A stretch of 64,000 bases of DNA from a virus (Duplodnaviria; Caudoviricetes). Below, piece by piece: positions 8,436 to 17,628 of the stretch. The DNA lies in the IMG/VR virus record IMGVR_UViG_3300020576_005257, positions 96,001 to 160,000 of that record. The stretch is one strand, 5' to 3'. The translations under genes were made by a program, and so were the position numbers. The notes under the pieces were generated by a model, which had not been told where the DNA came from, did no database searches, and saw nothing but the letters and a program-made list of their open reading frames with translations. Position 1 is the stretch's first letter, and every line of letters begins with the position of its first letter.

Positions 8436-10607
8436 CTATACAGGATTCCAGTTATTACAAACTTCAACAATCTTGTTTAAATCTTCTTTATTTAACCACC
8501 ATCCTACAGGAATGGATACTTGCTGTTTGGCAAATTGTTCAACTCCTGGAAGATCCTTTTCAATAAAGGGTTTGGTTATAGTATATCTATCATTCCTATA
8601 GTGGACAGGATTTGCTTCAATACCATTCTTTGCCATATAAGCAATGAATTCATCTACATTTTGCGTTAATACCGAAATGCTCATTAACCAATAAGAACAT
8701 TTATCATCAAATACTGGGAGAGATAGAAACGGATTTGTAATGTTGTTAATCAGATAATTAGCATGCTTTCTATGCTTCTTCACTGATAACTTGGCTTCTG
8801 ATAGATTAGCTAAACCGATGGCGGCACAAACATCGTTCATATGGTACTTGTAACCATTGTGTTTTAGATCTTGGGCACATCTAAATGACTGTCCAAGAGT
8901 TCTATCTAACCCATACCACCTAAGTAATCTAGCCAGCTTCTCTTTTTCAGGATCGTTTGTGATAAGACACCCGCCATCACTAGTGGTAAGAAACTTAATA
9001 GCCTGGAAGGAGTAACATATATAATCCCCTCTCTCCAGTTTTTGATGTTGGCTAAAGTAATCCCAACAGTGAGCTGCATCTTCGATTACAGGAATACCAA
9101 ACTTCTTTAAAGCTTTATAATCACAAGGTTTACCAGCCCAGTTTACAGCTATGATCGCTTTGGTTTTAGGAGTAATAAGTCTTTCAACTGATTTAGGATC
9201 AATTAACCAAGTGCCTTCCTGTACGTCAGCCCACCTAATCTTAGCACCTCTGTGCAGTATGTGACAATTAGACGCATAACAATTATGAAGAACCATATTC
9301 CAAGCAATGAAATTTTGATTATCTTCTACTTGAATGCAGTAGACGTATTTAGGTTTTACATAACTAGGTGGCTTTTCTTGTTTAAGTAAATATTCAGCAT
9401 AGTGTACTTCTCTGGGAGTTTTAATAATCCAATTTTCAGGATTATATTCAGTATACCCTTCCGGAACCTTATACCTAAAACAAGGAAGGATAAAGCTGGA
9501 TATCATAGATAAGAATTTATCTATATCGCTGTTTACTAACCCTAAACATATTCTGTTTCCTTTGTTATTAGGAGATTTAATTGATGTTGGTTTAAAACCT
9601 AAATCAACCATCTTATAAAACAACTTCCAAAAAGATTGAATATCAAAAGAATCTGTACAGAAAACAATTTTAGAGGGATTTCCGTTTTCGTCCCTTCCAA
9701 GTGAACCATCACCCATGTACCAAACTGCCAAAGTTTCTGGAGTTAAAACCAAATCATCTGGAACGATTTTTGATTTTGTTGGATACCAACGATGTTTCTG
9801 CTTCATCCAGAAAGGATGGACAGAGCTTTGATAAGCTAAGGCTTCTTGACTTTGGTTTCTTTGGGGCCTAGGATAAAGCAAGCCTCCTAATAAATTCTTA
9901 GCCAAACTTGCTAACTCAGCTTTATCATGTACAAAAGCTGTAGATAATCTAGATCCGTAACCTTTGTTAGTTTGAATACAACCATCACTAAGAATTAATC
10001 CATCTGCGAAGGACTTTTGAAGGGAGGTATATTCCTCATACTGAGTAGCTATTTTATCAGATTCAATGAGAGAATCTACTCTTTGCCAGGATCTGTCCTT
10101 CGTTAAAACTTGATGATCAGCAGTTAACCAAACACCTTGATGAAAAATATTAGAATCATCCTTTGAAAGCAGTTTCTTGATAGCTAATTTATACCACTGT
10201 TCTGTGGAAGGGTGTTTAATCCAATTAGTAATTTTCTTAGGTTCTAATTGTCCCGTAGAAGTATTTAAAGAAACAACTTCAACTGCTTCTTTGTTATCTA
10301 CTAGATCTCCCATACTTCTTGTGGTACCATCTGCCAATAGAACTGGAGTGTTACTACTAACACAGGTGACTGGAACTGTGATTACCTCTGAATCAGAATC
10401 TACACCGCATAGTTCTAGGGCCAGATCAATGGCACTTGTACAGGAATTCACAGTCACAGGTGTACCCTTTGTTCCTAAAGCTTCTTTGAGCTTCTGTTCA
10501 AACAAATCTACTTTAGGACCTTGACCAATAAAACCACTAGAAAGTACTTCATTTACTAACTTCTTGGCGGATCTGGCCATCTTGACTTTAAACAATCGTA
10601 TCATCAA
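8436..10607 (-). CDS. DegT/DnrJ/EryC1/StrS PLP-dependent sugar aminotransferase containing an intein
   Basis: GQGPKV, VNSCTSAIDLAL, KTKAIIAVNWAG, VIEDAAH, YSFQAIKFLTTSDGG (PLP Lys), GYKYHMND; 362 aa after removing the intein. Confidence 0.92.
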   Translation of the reverse strand: MMIRLFKVKMARSAKKLVNEVLSSGFIGQGPKVDLFEQKLKEALGTKGTPVTVNSCTSAIDLALELCGVDSDSEVITVPVTCVSSNTPVLLADGTTRSMGDLVDNKEAVEVVSLNTSTGQLEPKKITNWIKHPSTEQWYKLAIKKLLSKDDSNIFHQGVWLTADHQVLTKDRSWQRVDSLIESDKIATQYEEYTSLQKSFADGLILSDGCIQTNKGYGSRLSTAFVHDKAELASLAKNLLGGLLYPRPQRNQSQEALAYQSSVHPFWMKQKHRWYPTKSKIVPDDLVLTPETLAVWYMGDGSLGRDENGNPSKIVFCTDSFDIQSFWKLFYKMVDLGFKPTSIKSPNNKGNRICLGLVNSDIDKFLSMISSFILPCFRYKVPEGYTEYNPENWIIKTPREVHYAEYLLKQEKPPSYVKPKYVYCIQVEDNQNFIAWNMVLHNCYASNCHILHRGAKIRWADVQEGTWLIDPKSVERLITPKTKAIIAVNWAGKPCDYKALKKFGIPVIEDAAHCWDYFSQHQKLERGDYICYSFQAIKFLTTSDGGCLITNDPEKEKLARLLRWYGLDRTLGQSFRCAQDLKHNGYKYHMNDVCAAIGLANLSEAKLSVKKHRKHANYLINNITNPFLSLPVFDDKCSYWLMSISVLTQNVDEFIAYMAKNGIEANPVHYRNDRYTITKPFIEKDLPGVEQFAKQQVSIPVGWWLNKEDLNKIVEVCNNWNPV
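9282..10364 (-). mobile_element. intein (361 aa) with LAGLIDADG homing endonuclease
   Basis: starts CVSSNTPVLLADG; block B LTADHQVLT; GLILSDGC and VWYMGDGS LAGLIDADG helices; VYCIQVEDNQNF; ends VLHN followed by Cys+1; excision restores VITVPVT-CYASN. Confidence 0.95.
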
Positions 10608-10926
10608 TTTCTACCTTAAAATCTTCTACTTTTGGAAAAACTAAATCCATACCAGACTCTTTCCAAAAGTCTTGAGAGCTGACAAGAGTATTTCTAAAAC
10701 AAATTTCAGCTGAGGATTTTACTAGTTCCATAATCTTATTAAAATCATCTTCATTTAATTTTTGAAGTTCTTTATTAAGATCCAATTCCTGTCTTCCCAC
10801 TACTCTCTTTCTAATAACTGTATCAGTTAATAGCTCTTTATAATCAAAGTAACTTATTACAGTTTCCACATAATGTTTATCTGTAAAGAAGTCTTTTGTA
10901 ATTTTTATCTTTAAGTCGAATTCCAT
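10588..10926 (-). CDS. hypothetical protein
   Basis: 112-aa ORF with AAGGA SD. Confidence 0.7.
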   Translation of the reverse strand: MEFDLKIKITKDFFTDKHYVETVISYFDYKELLTDTVIRKRVVGRQELDLNKELQKLNEDDFNKIMELVKSSAEICFRNTLVSSQDFWKESGMDLVFPKVEDFKVEIDDTIV

Positions 10927-10929
10927 AAT

Positions 10930-10997
10930 AGTCCTTGAACTTTATAATCTAAAACTAGTGTTTATATGTAAGCTAATTTTAGATTTTGACTAGGACT
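10930..10997 (-). promoter_or_regulatory. long intergenic hairpin overlapping the ACACTA motif and pairing with the downstream SD
   Basis: 13-bp stem 10985-10973 / 10958-10946 (one G-U pair), plus AGUCCU (10997-10992) / AGGACU (10935-10930). Confidence 0.55.
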
Positions 10998-11711
10998 TTA
11001 GTCTTTATCTCTTACGTTATAAGTGTTTGATCGGCTTCCCATCTGATCTGAAAAAATGGCTTTGTATTGTCCCATAATATGGTTACACTTACATAACCCA
11101 AATACTCTACCCATTTGGTCATACCAGGTAGCATCCAGATTTCTAGTTTGAACTGGAAGATGTAGGCCAGCTTCTATGGGTTGTTTTATACTAAATGAGC
11201 CCTGAGATGCGTCAATTGTACAGCTACCATATAGGTCGTGAACGTGATTATGTGCAAAACCCCTTATTGGTACATCGGGTGGGGTTTCTACAAAAGGATC
11301 AAATGTAGAGACATGGCAATATGAATAAACTACGTCAGGATTATCTTTGTACCAATCATTTAGTTTCTCCAAGTAGTCTGGGAGGAGCATATCATCGTCA
11401 CATGCAAAAATAAAATAATCAGCATCACTTTTCTTTAATGCTTCTGTCATGTACAGACCATGATGACTGCCACCTTGTGCTTCTTTTTGTTGAGGAGTGT
11501 GTGGAATATAGTCAAAAGTTATTTTGTCAAGATGCTCAGATAACATTTCCTCAACAATAGGTCTAACCTGAAGACCCTCTCTACTTCCATCATCAATAAC
11601 GTGAAGATGCCAATTAGTATAAGTTTGATCTTTAATGCTTTGTAACATGTTTCTACACATGTTCGGTCTTTCAAAAAAAGCAAACAATATGAGAAATTTG
11701 AAATCCTTCAT
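10998..11711 (-). CDS. glycosyltransferase family 2
   Basis: SIKDQTYTNWHLHVIDDGS, YFIFACDDD (DxD), YLEKL. Confidence 0.88.
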   Translation of the reverse strand: MKDFKFLILFAFFERPNMCRNMLQSIKDQTYTNWHLHVIDDGSREGLQVRPIVEEMLSEHLDKITFDYIPHTPQQKEAQGGSHHGLYMTEALKKSDADYFIFACDDDMLLPDYLEKLNDWYKDNPDVVYSYCHVSTFDPFVETPPDVPIRGFAHNHVHDLYGSCTIDASQGSFSIKQPIEAGLHLPVQTRNLDATWYDQMGRVFGLCKCNHIMGQYKAIFSDQMGSRSNTYNVRDKD

Positions 11712-12394
11712 TACAGCAAACCACCATCAAGCTTTAAAACAGTTCCGTTACAATACTCAGTATCAACTAGAAATTTAATAGTGTTAACTAATTCTTCTGC
11801 TTTTCCAAATCGCCTCAAAGGAATATTTTTCAAAGTAGCTTCTTTAATATTTTCAGGTAACTTATCACAAAGACCACCTTCAAAATAACCTAGTAAAATT
11901 GAATTCCAAGTAGAACCATGTTTAGCATTTTCTAATGCAGCAACTCTAATTAAGTTGTCAGTAAAGGCTTTAGACGCTGAATATAGTCCTGCGCCTTTTA
12001 CTGGTTTCTGGGAAAGCACTGAGCTAATTTGAATAAACCTACCTTTACATTCTCTTTCACCCCAATAAATACTAACTTCTTTGATTAAATTATAAGCACC
12101 AGTTACGTTAACAGCTATTGATTTTTCAATATTTGTTGGAGTAGAGTCTACAAGTAAACCATCATAACTAACAGTTGCTAAGTTAACTACAATATCAGGC
12201 TTAAAAACTCTTAAAGTAGCCCTAACCATTTGGATATCAGTAATATCACATTCTTTAGAAGAGAAGTCAATAACCGTATAATCCTTAGATAACAAAGGAG
12301 TAATAGCTTTTCCAAGACCTCCTTGACCACCAACCAGAACACAAATCGGTTTCTTAAGCTGAAAAGAATCGGAAATATTATTCAGCTTGTCCAT
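11711..12394 (-). CDS. short-chain dehydrogenase/reductase (FabG-like)
   Basis: GGQGGLG Rossmann motif, ISS, YSASK catalytic motif, IPLRRFG, LDGG. Confidence 0.9.
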   Translation of the reverse strand: MDKLNNISDSFQLKKPICVLVGGQGGLGKAITPLLSKDYTVIDFSSKECDITDIQMVRATLRVFKPDIVVNLATVSYDGLLVDSTPTNIEKSIAVNVTGAYNLIKEVSIYWGERECKGRFIQISSVLSQKPVKGAGLYSASKAFTDNLIRVAALENAKHGSTWNSILLGYFEGGLCDKLPENIKEATLKNIPLRRFGKAEELVNTIKFLVDTEYCNGTVLKLDGGLL

Positions 12395-12695
12395 AAACTT
12401 CTGCTTCGTTAATCAACTTAAAACCAATAGGTCTACTAGTTTGTGGAGTATCTCCTTCCGACCACTCCAAACATAGAAAATTACCATCTTGAGCACAAAG
12501 ACCATTTAACAAGCCAAGAAACCCTACAGTAGCAAAAGGTCTATCTGTCTCATAGCCAAGCATATCTACTTGAATATATGGGTGATCTTGAAGAGTCTTA
12601 TTACAAGGAACCCTATTGCAAACTAAACTGTGTACAGCATGAGGATCAGCTTCAAATGCCTCATTCATTAATTCTAACAGTTTTTCACTAATCAT
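12378..12695 (-). CDS. hypothetical protein
   Basis: 105-aa ORF with AGGAG SD. Confidence 0.7.
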   Translation of the reverse strand: MISEKLLELMNEAFEADPHAVHSLVCNRVPCNKTLQDHPYIQVDMLGYETDRPFATVGFLGLLNGLCAQDGNFLCLEWSEGDTPQTSRPIGFKLINEAEVYGQAE

Positions 12696-12837
12696 TATAA
12701 AATTCTCCTACGGCTGGGTCAAACTCTGTAGCCCATGTTGGTGGTTCTGGGTTCTGTGCGGCGTAGGCTTGTTCAGGCCAGAAGCCATCAACCTCTCGCA
12801 TCTCACCACCCCAATCTTTGTAATACTTAATCTCCAC
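12688..12837 (-). CDS. small acidic hypothetical protein (49 aa, not in ORF track)
   Basis: GTG start; reads MEIKYYKDWGGEMREVDGFWPEQAYAAQNPEPPTWATEFDPAVGEFYND*; fills the 12695-12827 gap. Confidence 0.5.
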   Translation of the reverse strand: MEIKYYKDWGGEMREVDGFWPEQAYAAQNPEPPTWATEFDPAVGEFYND

Positions 12838-13183
12838 TTTTTACCACCTGACAAAAGAAAGGGGGAACATAGAATCTTCCAGGAATAGCAAAGTTGATTT
12901 CGTTGTTATTCATCATTTCAATAAGAGTTGACTGTTGTTCATCATTGAAATGTTGGAAGTAGACTTTCCTATCATTAAGATAGCACTTGTAATTTTTATC
13001 AGTAGGTGTAACTTTATCACCTTCTTTTGCTCTCTTTAGAAATTCATCTGGATGTAGAGAACCACAAAAAGTACATTTGTTTTCCTTGTCCCACATATCA
13101 AGATTCTCAGTTCTTTCCCAAGGACCAAGTTCGTTTATTCTTCTAGGACAAGTCTGAAACTTTAGAGTATCAATATTAGTCAT
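12827..13183 (-). CDS. hypothetical protein with CxxC motif
   Basis: CTFCGSLHP; AGAGG SD; coupled to the upstream stop. Confidence 0.7.
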   Translation of the reverse strand: MTNIDTLKFQTCPRRINELGPWERTENLDMWDKENKCTFCGSLHPDEFLKRAKEGDKVTPTDKNYKCYLNDRKVYFQHFNDEQQSTLIEMMNNNEINFAIPGRFYVPPFFCQVVKSGD

Positions 13184-14196
13184 TAATTTTCCTCTTTAGG
13201 ATAGAAAGTATTGCTTCTTGTAAGCTTCTCACTATTAACGGCTTTGATCAAAGGATATGTTTCTGGTAACTGATAGTCTCGAATATTCTTGGAAGAGATG
13301 TCTTTCAACACATAATGACCTTCTTTGTAATCAGAATAGAACGGAGTGTAGTGTTTTATATCATCCTCAAGGAACGTTACGTGGGTGGCCTGGCTCCAAC
13401 GAGTGGAACCCTCTTCTGTAATCGCTGAACCACCATGCAGCAGATTAGCTGCCCAAATTAATGCTTCGCCCTTCTTAGCAAAAAAGTACTTATCTTCATA
13501 TCTTTTAGCTTTAATAAGCTGTCTTACAAAGTTTTCATATTCAGTATAATTATCCTTTTCACCTTTATATTCGGTGTGAGACATTTTAAGGTCTTGGAAT
13601 TCATAGATTGGTTCTTTATGAGAGCCAGGATAATACATTAAAGGTCCTTGATTGGGGCCAATATCCTCTAAGGCTGTCCAGAAACCACATACCCACCTAT
13701 GGGGCATAGAAGCAAAGTGACAATGGTCTGAGTGGGTAGGTTGTGCAGAACCAAGTTTGAAGTTGATAGTCTGGAAGGGAATTGCTCTTCGACCGTATAG
13801 AAACTCAATCACCTCCATTGCGATCTCATTTCTAGCTAACTCAAGAACATTCTTATTCCATTTCCAAGCTTCAAAGATTCGAGGACCATCATTATAATGG
13901 AAATGTCCTTCTTGAGTTTTAACTGCACCTTCCATGAGCTTTGTATCAAGCTCAGTAATAAGATCTTCTACAAATTTATCCTCTAAGTCAAGATTAATCT
14001 TAACAAAACCGTGTTTATAAAAGTGACGTGCTAACTCTTCAAACCACTCGGTCTTCCTTTGACCAACTTCTCCTTTAACTTGAGTCTTCCTAAATTCTTC
14101 TAGTTTGCCAGGAAGCAAACTATAAAAAAAAGGACTCTCGCAGAAAGGTATATTAGTAGCCTCAGGATCATTAAAATAGTTTTTAAGATTGTTCAT
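13183..14196 (-). CDS. phytanoyl-CoA dioxygenase (PhyH) family 2OG-Fe(II) oxygenase
   Basis: QTINFKLGSAQPTHSD (HxD), WTALEDI, GPLMYYPGSH, LLHGG, TRWS. Confidence 0.88.
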   Translation of the reverse strand: MNNLKNYFNDPEATNIPFCESPFFYSLLPGKLEEFRKTQVKGEVGQRKTEWFEELARHFYKHGFVKINLDLEDKFVEDLITELDTKLMEGAVKTQEGHFHYNDGPRIFEAWKWNKNVLELARNEIAMEVIEFLYGRRAIPFQTINFKLGSAQPTHSDHCHFASMPHRWVCGFWTALEDIGPNQGPLMYYPGSHKEPIYEFQDLKMSHTEYKGEKDNYTEYENFVRQLIKAKRYEDKYFFAKKGEALIWAANLLHGGSAITEEGSTRWSQATHVTFLEDDIKHYTPFYSDYKEGHYVLKDISSKNIRDYQLPETYPLIKAVNSEKLTRSNTFYPKEEN

Positions 14197-14797
14197 TTTG
14201 TTTGTGTTCTCTCTTTTTTTGATGGGCTTTTACCATATTAGCGATATGTTCTGGAGATTTAGGTTTTCTCATTTTCTCTTTAGTTTCTTCAGATCTTTTC
14301 ACACCCAAAGGAGACGGAGGTTTACATCCTCTTTTTAAAGATAGTTCTCTTAGTTTTTCTTTAATTTCTGGAGTATGGGATATGCCTAATCTATACTTAT
14401 TGCCTTTTAATTTTTCAGAAATACGAGCCTTGGTTTCGGAACTGTGTTTTGCACCCCTGAAAGCATTATCAGTAAATTCACTATAATTAAACATTTCAAC
14501 TTCTTTGTTAAAAATATCGTAATAAAATTGTTCAGCTATAAGTAGATCTTCCAAAGACACCCTATCTACTATTACAAATTCAAATTGGTTCTCTCCATAT
14601 TTATTCCAAGCATTTTGTAAGTGTATATTTTTATGTTTGTTGTTTTTTAATTGGGAAATATGTTTATCTTTTCGAGCGGATAAGTTTATAGTCGATCCCA
14701 CATAAATTGCTGTAGTTATTTTATTAGTTATTATATAAATGATCCCAGGAACCGACATTGCTTCTGGGTCGTTCAAATAATCTTTAAGTTCGTTCAT
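14146..14797 (-). repeat. diverged 51-nt direct repeat: first 17 codons of the GIY-YIG gene (14797-14747) and of the PhyH gene (14196-14146)
   Basis: MNELKDYLNDPEAMSVP vs MNNLKNYFNDPEATNIP; 11/17 aa and 34/51 nt identical. Confidence 0.85.
14183..14797 (-). CDS. free-standing GIY-YIG homing endonuclease with NUMOD3 repeats
   Basis: IIYIITN..YVGST, R..KH, LQNAWNKYG, EQFY; HSSETKARISE, HTPEIKEKL and RSEETKEKM repeats. Confidence 0.92.
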   Translation of the reverse strand: MNELKDYLNDPEAMSVPGIIYIITNKITTAIYVGSTINLSARKDKHISQLKNNKHKNIHLQNAWNKYGENQFEFVIVDRVSLEDLLIAEQFYYDIFNKEVEMFNYSEFTDNAFRGAKHSSETKARISEKLKGNKYRLGISHTPEIKEKLRELSLKRGCKPPSPLGVKRSEETKEKMRKPKSPEHIANMVKAHQKKREHKQNEQS

Positions 14798-15534
14798 TAA
14801 ATACCTACCTTGTAGATGTGTCGTTCTGATTCATCGAATCTGCTTAAATGGGATGCTTGTGAGGCGTGAGTTTTATAGTTAGAACAGAAAGGAGAACATC
14901 CTTCCAAGTTAACTAATCTTAAACCATGTACTCCATAAACTATAGTGAAAGCTAATTCTGCGTTTTCAAAACTAGTGTAATCGGTTCCGTTATTATGTGG
15001 AAGATGTCCAGCATTATTTACTGATACTGTATCTAAATTAGTTTTACTGGAAAAACCACACCCGCCACCTGAATGCCATCCATTAGGTGTATTAACTATG
15101 GGGGCTAATGATACAAAGCCTATAGTAGGGTCTGATTCAAGAGTATTAACTGCATCTAGATAAATATTATCTTCTGTAATTATAACATCATCCTCTAAAA
15201 AACACCAATAATCATATTCATCTTTGTGCTGTTGGTAAGCATAGTCGTAAGCAGCAAAGGATCCTCCTGTATTAGGCCTTGTGTGGCACTTATAGGTGCC
15301 TCTGAATGATGGGGTGCCATCTAATGAGTCTAGGTAAACATTAGCCCCATGATAGCCAGCCTGATTGTTTACCAGAATCACATCACAATCAATTCCTGGA
15401 TCAATTTTCTTATCCCACTCTATGTGATGCTGAAAAAGCTCCAAGGAAGCTTCTGGAGTAGTGGGGTTATTGTTGAGAGTTCTCCTTGCCCCAAAATATA
15501 CAGCAATGACTTTACAGCATTTTTTCGTGTTCAT
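14797..15534 (-). CDS. putative GT-A fold glycosyltransferase
   Basis: DVILVNN, NTGGSFAAY, YDYWCFLEDDV; MNTKK start at 15534 preferred over track start 15585. Confidence 0.65.
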   Translation of the reverse strand: MNTKKCCKVIAVYFGARRTLNNNPTTPEASLELFQHHIEWDKKIDPGIDCDVILVNNQAGYHGANVYLDSLDGTPSFRGTYKCHTRPNTGGSFAAYDYAYQQHKDEYDYWCFLEDDVIITEDNIYLDAVNTLESDPTIGFVSLAPIVNTPNGWHSGGGCGFSSKTNLDTVSVNNAGHLPHNNGTDYTSFENAELAFTIVYGVHGLRLVNLEGCSPFCSNYKTHASQASHLSRFDESERHIYKVGI

Positions 15535-16222
15535 AGCTAAGTTCAAATATGTTGTGAATAAAAATCGGTGTGGCTGAAAAATCACACACTCTTTTTAGTT
15601 TAAGTTCTGGGTGGAGTTTTATATAGTCGTCTAGTTGTTTTTGGGTGATCGTCACATATCCGTAGAAATCTTCATTTATATGTGGTTCAGGATAGCTTAA
15701 AGAGTATTCTTCGCTAATAAAACAAGAGAAAACTATTTTAGCTTTAGGTGATATTTTAAAGCACTCAATAAGCTTATCTAATGTTTTATATATATTTTCA
15801 ATTGTCAAATGAGTAAAAACACTAATAAGAGTAATACAGTCTAAAGGTTGTTTTAGAACATCTTCTAAATGGGATTCTATGTGTCCAAGTGTCACTCTAG
15901 GGTCGTTTAATAATCTTTGACCAATAGTTATTCTCTCAATACCATGAGCACTTAGAGGTTCTAAGCCATAATAAGTAAAATCGTTAAGACGAGCACTAAT
16001 AAAATTGGCTAATACCCCAGCACCACAACCATAATCTAAGATCTTGAAACCATTTTCAAAACTATTTACAGGCTCAAGGAAAGAGCACATACCAATAGAT
16101 GCATGGGGCTCATTAGAAATACCACCATATAATGAAACTATCTCTGGATGATTGTGATTGATAATTGGGTTATTTTGAGTTGTTACCCATTTGGTTTCCC
16201 ATATTTCATTACTGTTATACAT
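15512..16222 (-). CDS. class I SAM-dependent methyltransferase
   Basis: KILDYGCGAG motif I, YYGLE, ISVFTHL. Confidence 0.88.
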   Translation of the reverse strand: MYNSNEIWETKWVTTQNNPIINHNHPEIVSLYGGISNEPHASIGMCSFLEPVNSFENGFKILDYGCGAGVLANFISARLNDFTYYGLEPLSAHGIERITIGQRLLNDPRVTLGHIESHLEDVLKQPLDCITLISVFTHLTIENIYKTLDKLIECFKISPKAKIVFSCFISEEYSLSYPEPHINEDFYGYVTITQKQLDDYIKLHPELKLKRVCDFSATPIFIHNIFELSYEHEKML

Positions 16223-16784
16223 GTTTCAACCACTTCTCATCTTTTGATAATCTTTGAATTGCTTCTTGATTTCGATCCTTTAAGAAAGTCAATGGGTGTC
16301 CTACGTACACACTGTATGGATTAAGTAGATCTTTCTTCCAGACAACTGACTTCAAACCTATAGTTGTACCTTCTGGTAGGGTGACTCCTGGCATTACAAT
16401 TACATCCGAAGCTACACCCGAATATGAGTTTAGTTCTATATCTCCGTGGTAAACCTTATTATTTCCCCAATATTCGTTTACAGGCCCCTGTTCACCTGAG
16501 TAGTCTTCACTCCCACAAAAGAACTTAGAACCATATCCGATAAAGCACCAGTCCCCTAAAGTGATTGTGTGTTTACCTCCTCCTGATAAAACTACGTGGC
16601 TACATATCTGAATATTGTTGCCAGTTTTAAGCCCCGTAGTTATGAGGGAAAACGGATCTATACGAACCCTGTCACCTAGAAATACCTGAGAAGGATTGGT
16701 GAAGATGACGTTGTGGCCGATATATACATTTTCACCACAGCCACCTAATTTCTTTTTCCAGCTATCATCCCATCCTATGCTCAT
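16215..16784 (-). CDS. hexapeptide-repeat (left-handed beta-helix) acyltransferase
   Basis: GENVYIG, LGDRVRID, GNNIQI, LGDWCFIG, VMPGVTL, VYVGHP. Confidence 0.88.
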   Translation of the reverse strand: MSIGWDDSWKKKLGGCGENVYIGHNVIFTNPSQVFLGDRVRIDPFSLITTGLKTGNNIQICSHVVLSGGGKHTITLGDWCFIGYGSKFFCGSEDYSGEQGPVNEYWGNNKVYHGDIELNSYSGVASDVIVMPGVTLPEGTTIGLKSVVWKKDLLNPYSVYVGHPLTFLKDRNQEAIQRLSKDEKWLKHV

Positions 16785-17628
16785 ATACTTTCTCCATATA
16801 CTCTGTAATTGCTTTGTCTAAACTGGGAAGATTACCTATTTTATTATCTAGCTTGGTAGTATCTAATACGCTATTTAAAGGTCTTTTAGCAGGGGTATTA
16901 TATTTATGGGTAGGGACTGGTTCAATTTCTACTTGTTTGGTGGTATAGAAAGTAAACAATCTTTCGGCAAACTCATACCAAGACAAAGCCTCTGGACCAG
17001 CACAATGATAAATCCCGTTATATTCATCTGGATCCTGTAATATTTTACATACTTGAGCGGCTAAATGTGGGGCGTAGGTTGGGCATGTTAATTGATTATC
17101 AACCACTCTCAAATGTTTTTGATCATTATAGGCATTTATAATGGTTTCTGGAAAGCAGCAAGACTTATGATCAAACAAAGCACTGGTTCTAATAATCAAA
17201 TTATTACCACCTGAGGTAAGAACTGCTTTCTCTCCTTTATATTTAGTTAGACCATAAAAATTAAGTGGATTGACAATATCATTTTCTATATATCCTCTTT
17301 TTAATTTGCCATCAAAAACATAATCTGTACTAAATGTAATTAATTTAGATCCTATTTTTTTACAAAATAAAGATAGCAAATATGGTCCTAGAGTATTAGT
17401 TTTAATCGCTAACTCTCTCTCAGTTTCAGCTAAATCCACTTTTGTATAAGCAGCACAATTGATAAGGATGTCAAAACTCAAATCGTCAAGATACTGTACA
17501 TCTTCCACATTAGAAATATCTAATTGTTTTCTTGTAAAAGCTAAGACCTTGAAATCTTTAGATAGAGCTTTAACTAAAGCTCTTCCAAGCATTCCATTTG
17601 CACCTAGAATAACTATTCTGTCGGACAT
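16765..17628 (-). CDS. rfbD: dTDP-4-dehydrorhamnose reductase (RmlD)
   Basis: GANGMLG, INCAAYTKVDLAE, FSTDYVFDG, YGLTK, IIRTS, PAKRP. Confidence 0.93.
   Translation of the reverse strand: MSDRIVILGANGMLGRALVKALSKDFKVLAFTRKQLDISNVEDVQYLDDLSFDILINCAAYTKVDLAETERELAIKTNTLGPYLLSLFCKKIGSKLITFSTDYVFDGKLKRGYIENDIVNPLNFYGLTKYKGEKAVLTSGGNNLIIRTSALFDHKSCCFPETIINAYNDQKHLRVVDNQLTCPTYAPHLAAQVCKILQDPDEYNGIYHCAGPEALSWYEFAERLFTFYTTKQVEIEPVPTHKYNTPAKRPLNSVLDTTKLDNKIGNLPSLDKAITEYMEKVYEHRMG

Noticed and set aside
14183-14797. Group I intron around either GIY-YIG gene (also 50907..51545)
   Set aside because: Flanking genes are complete and abut or overlap the ORFs (gaps of 0-56 nt), leaving no room for a ribozyme core
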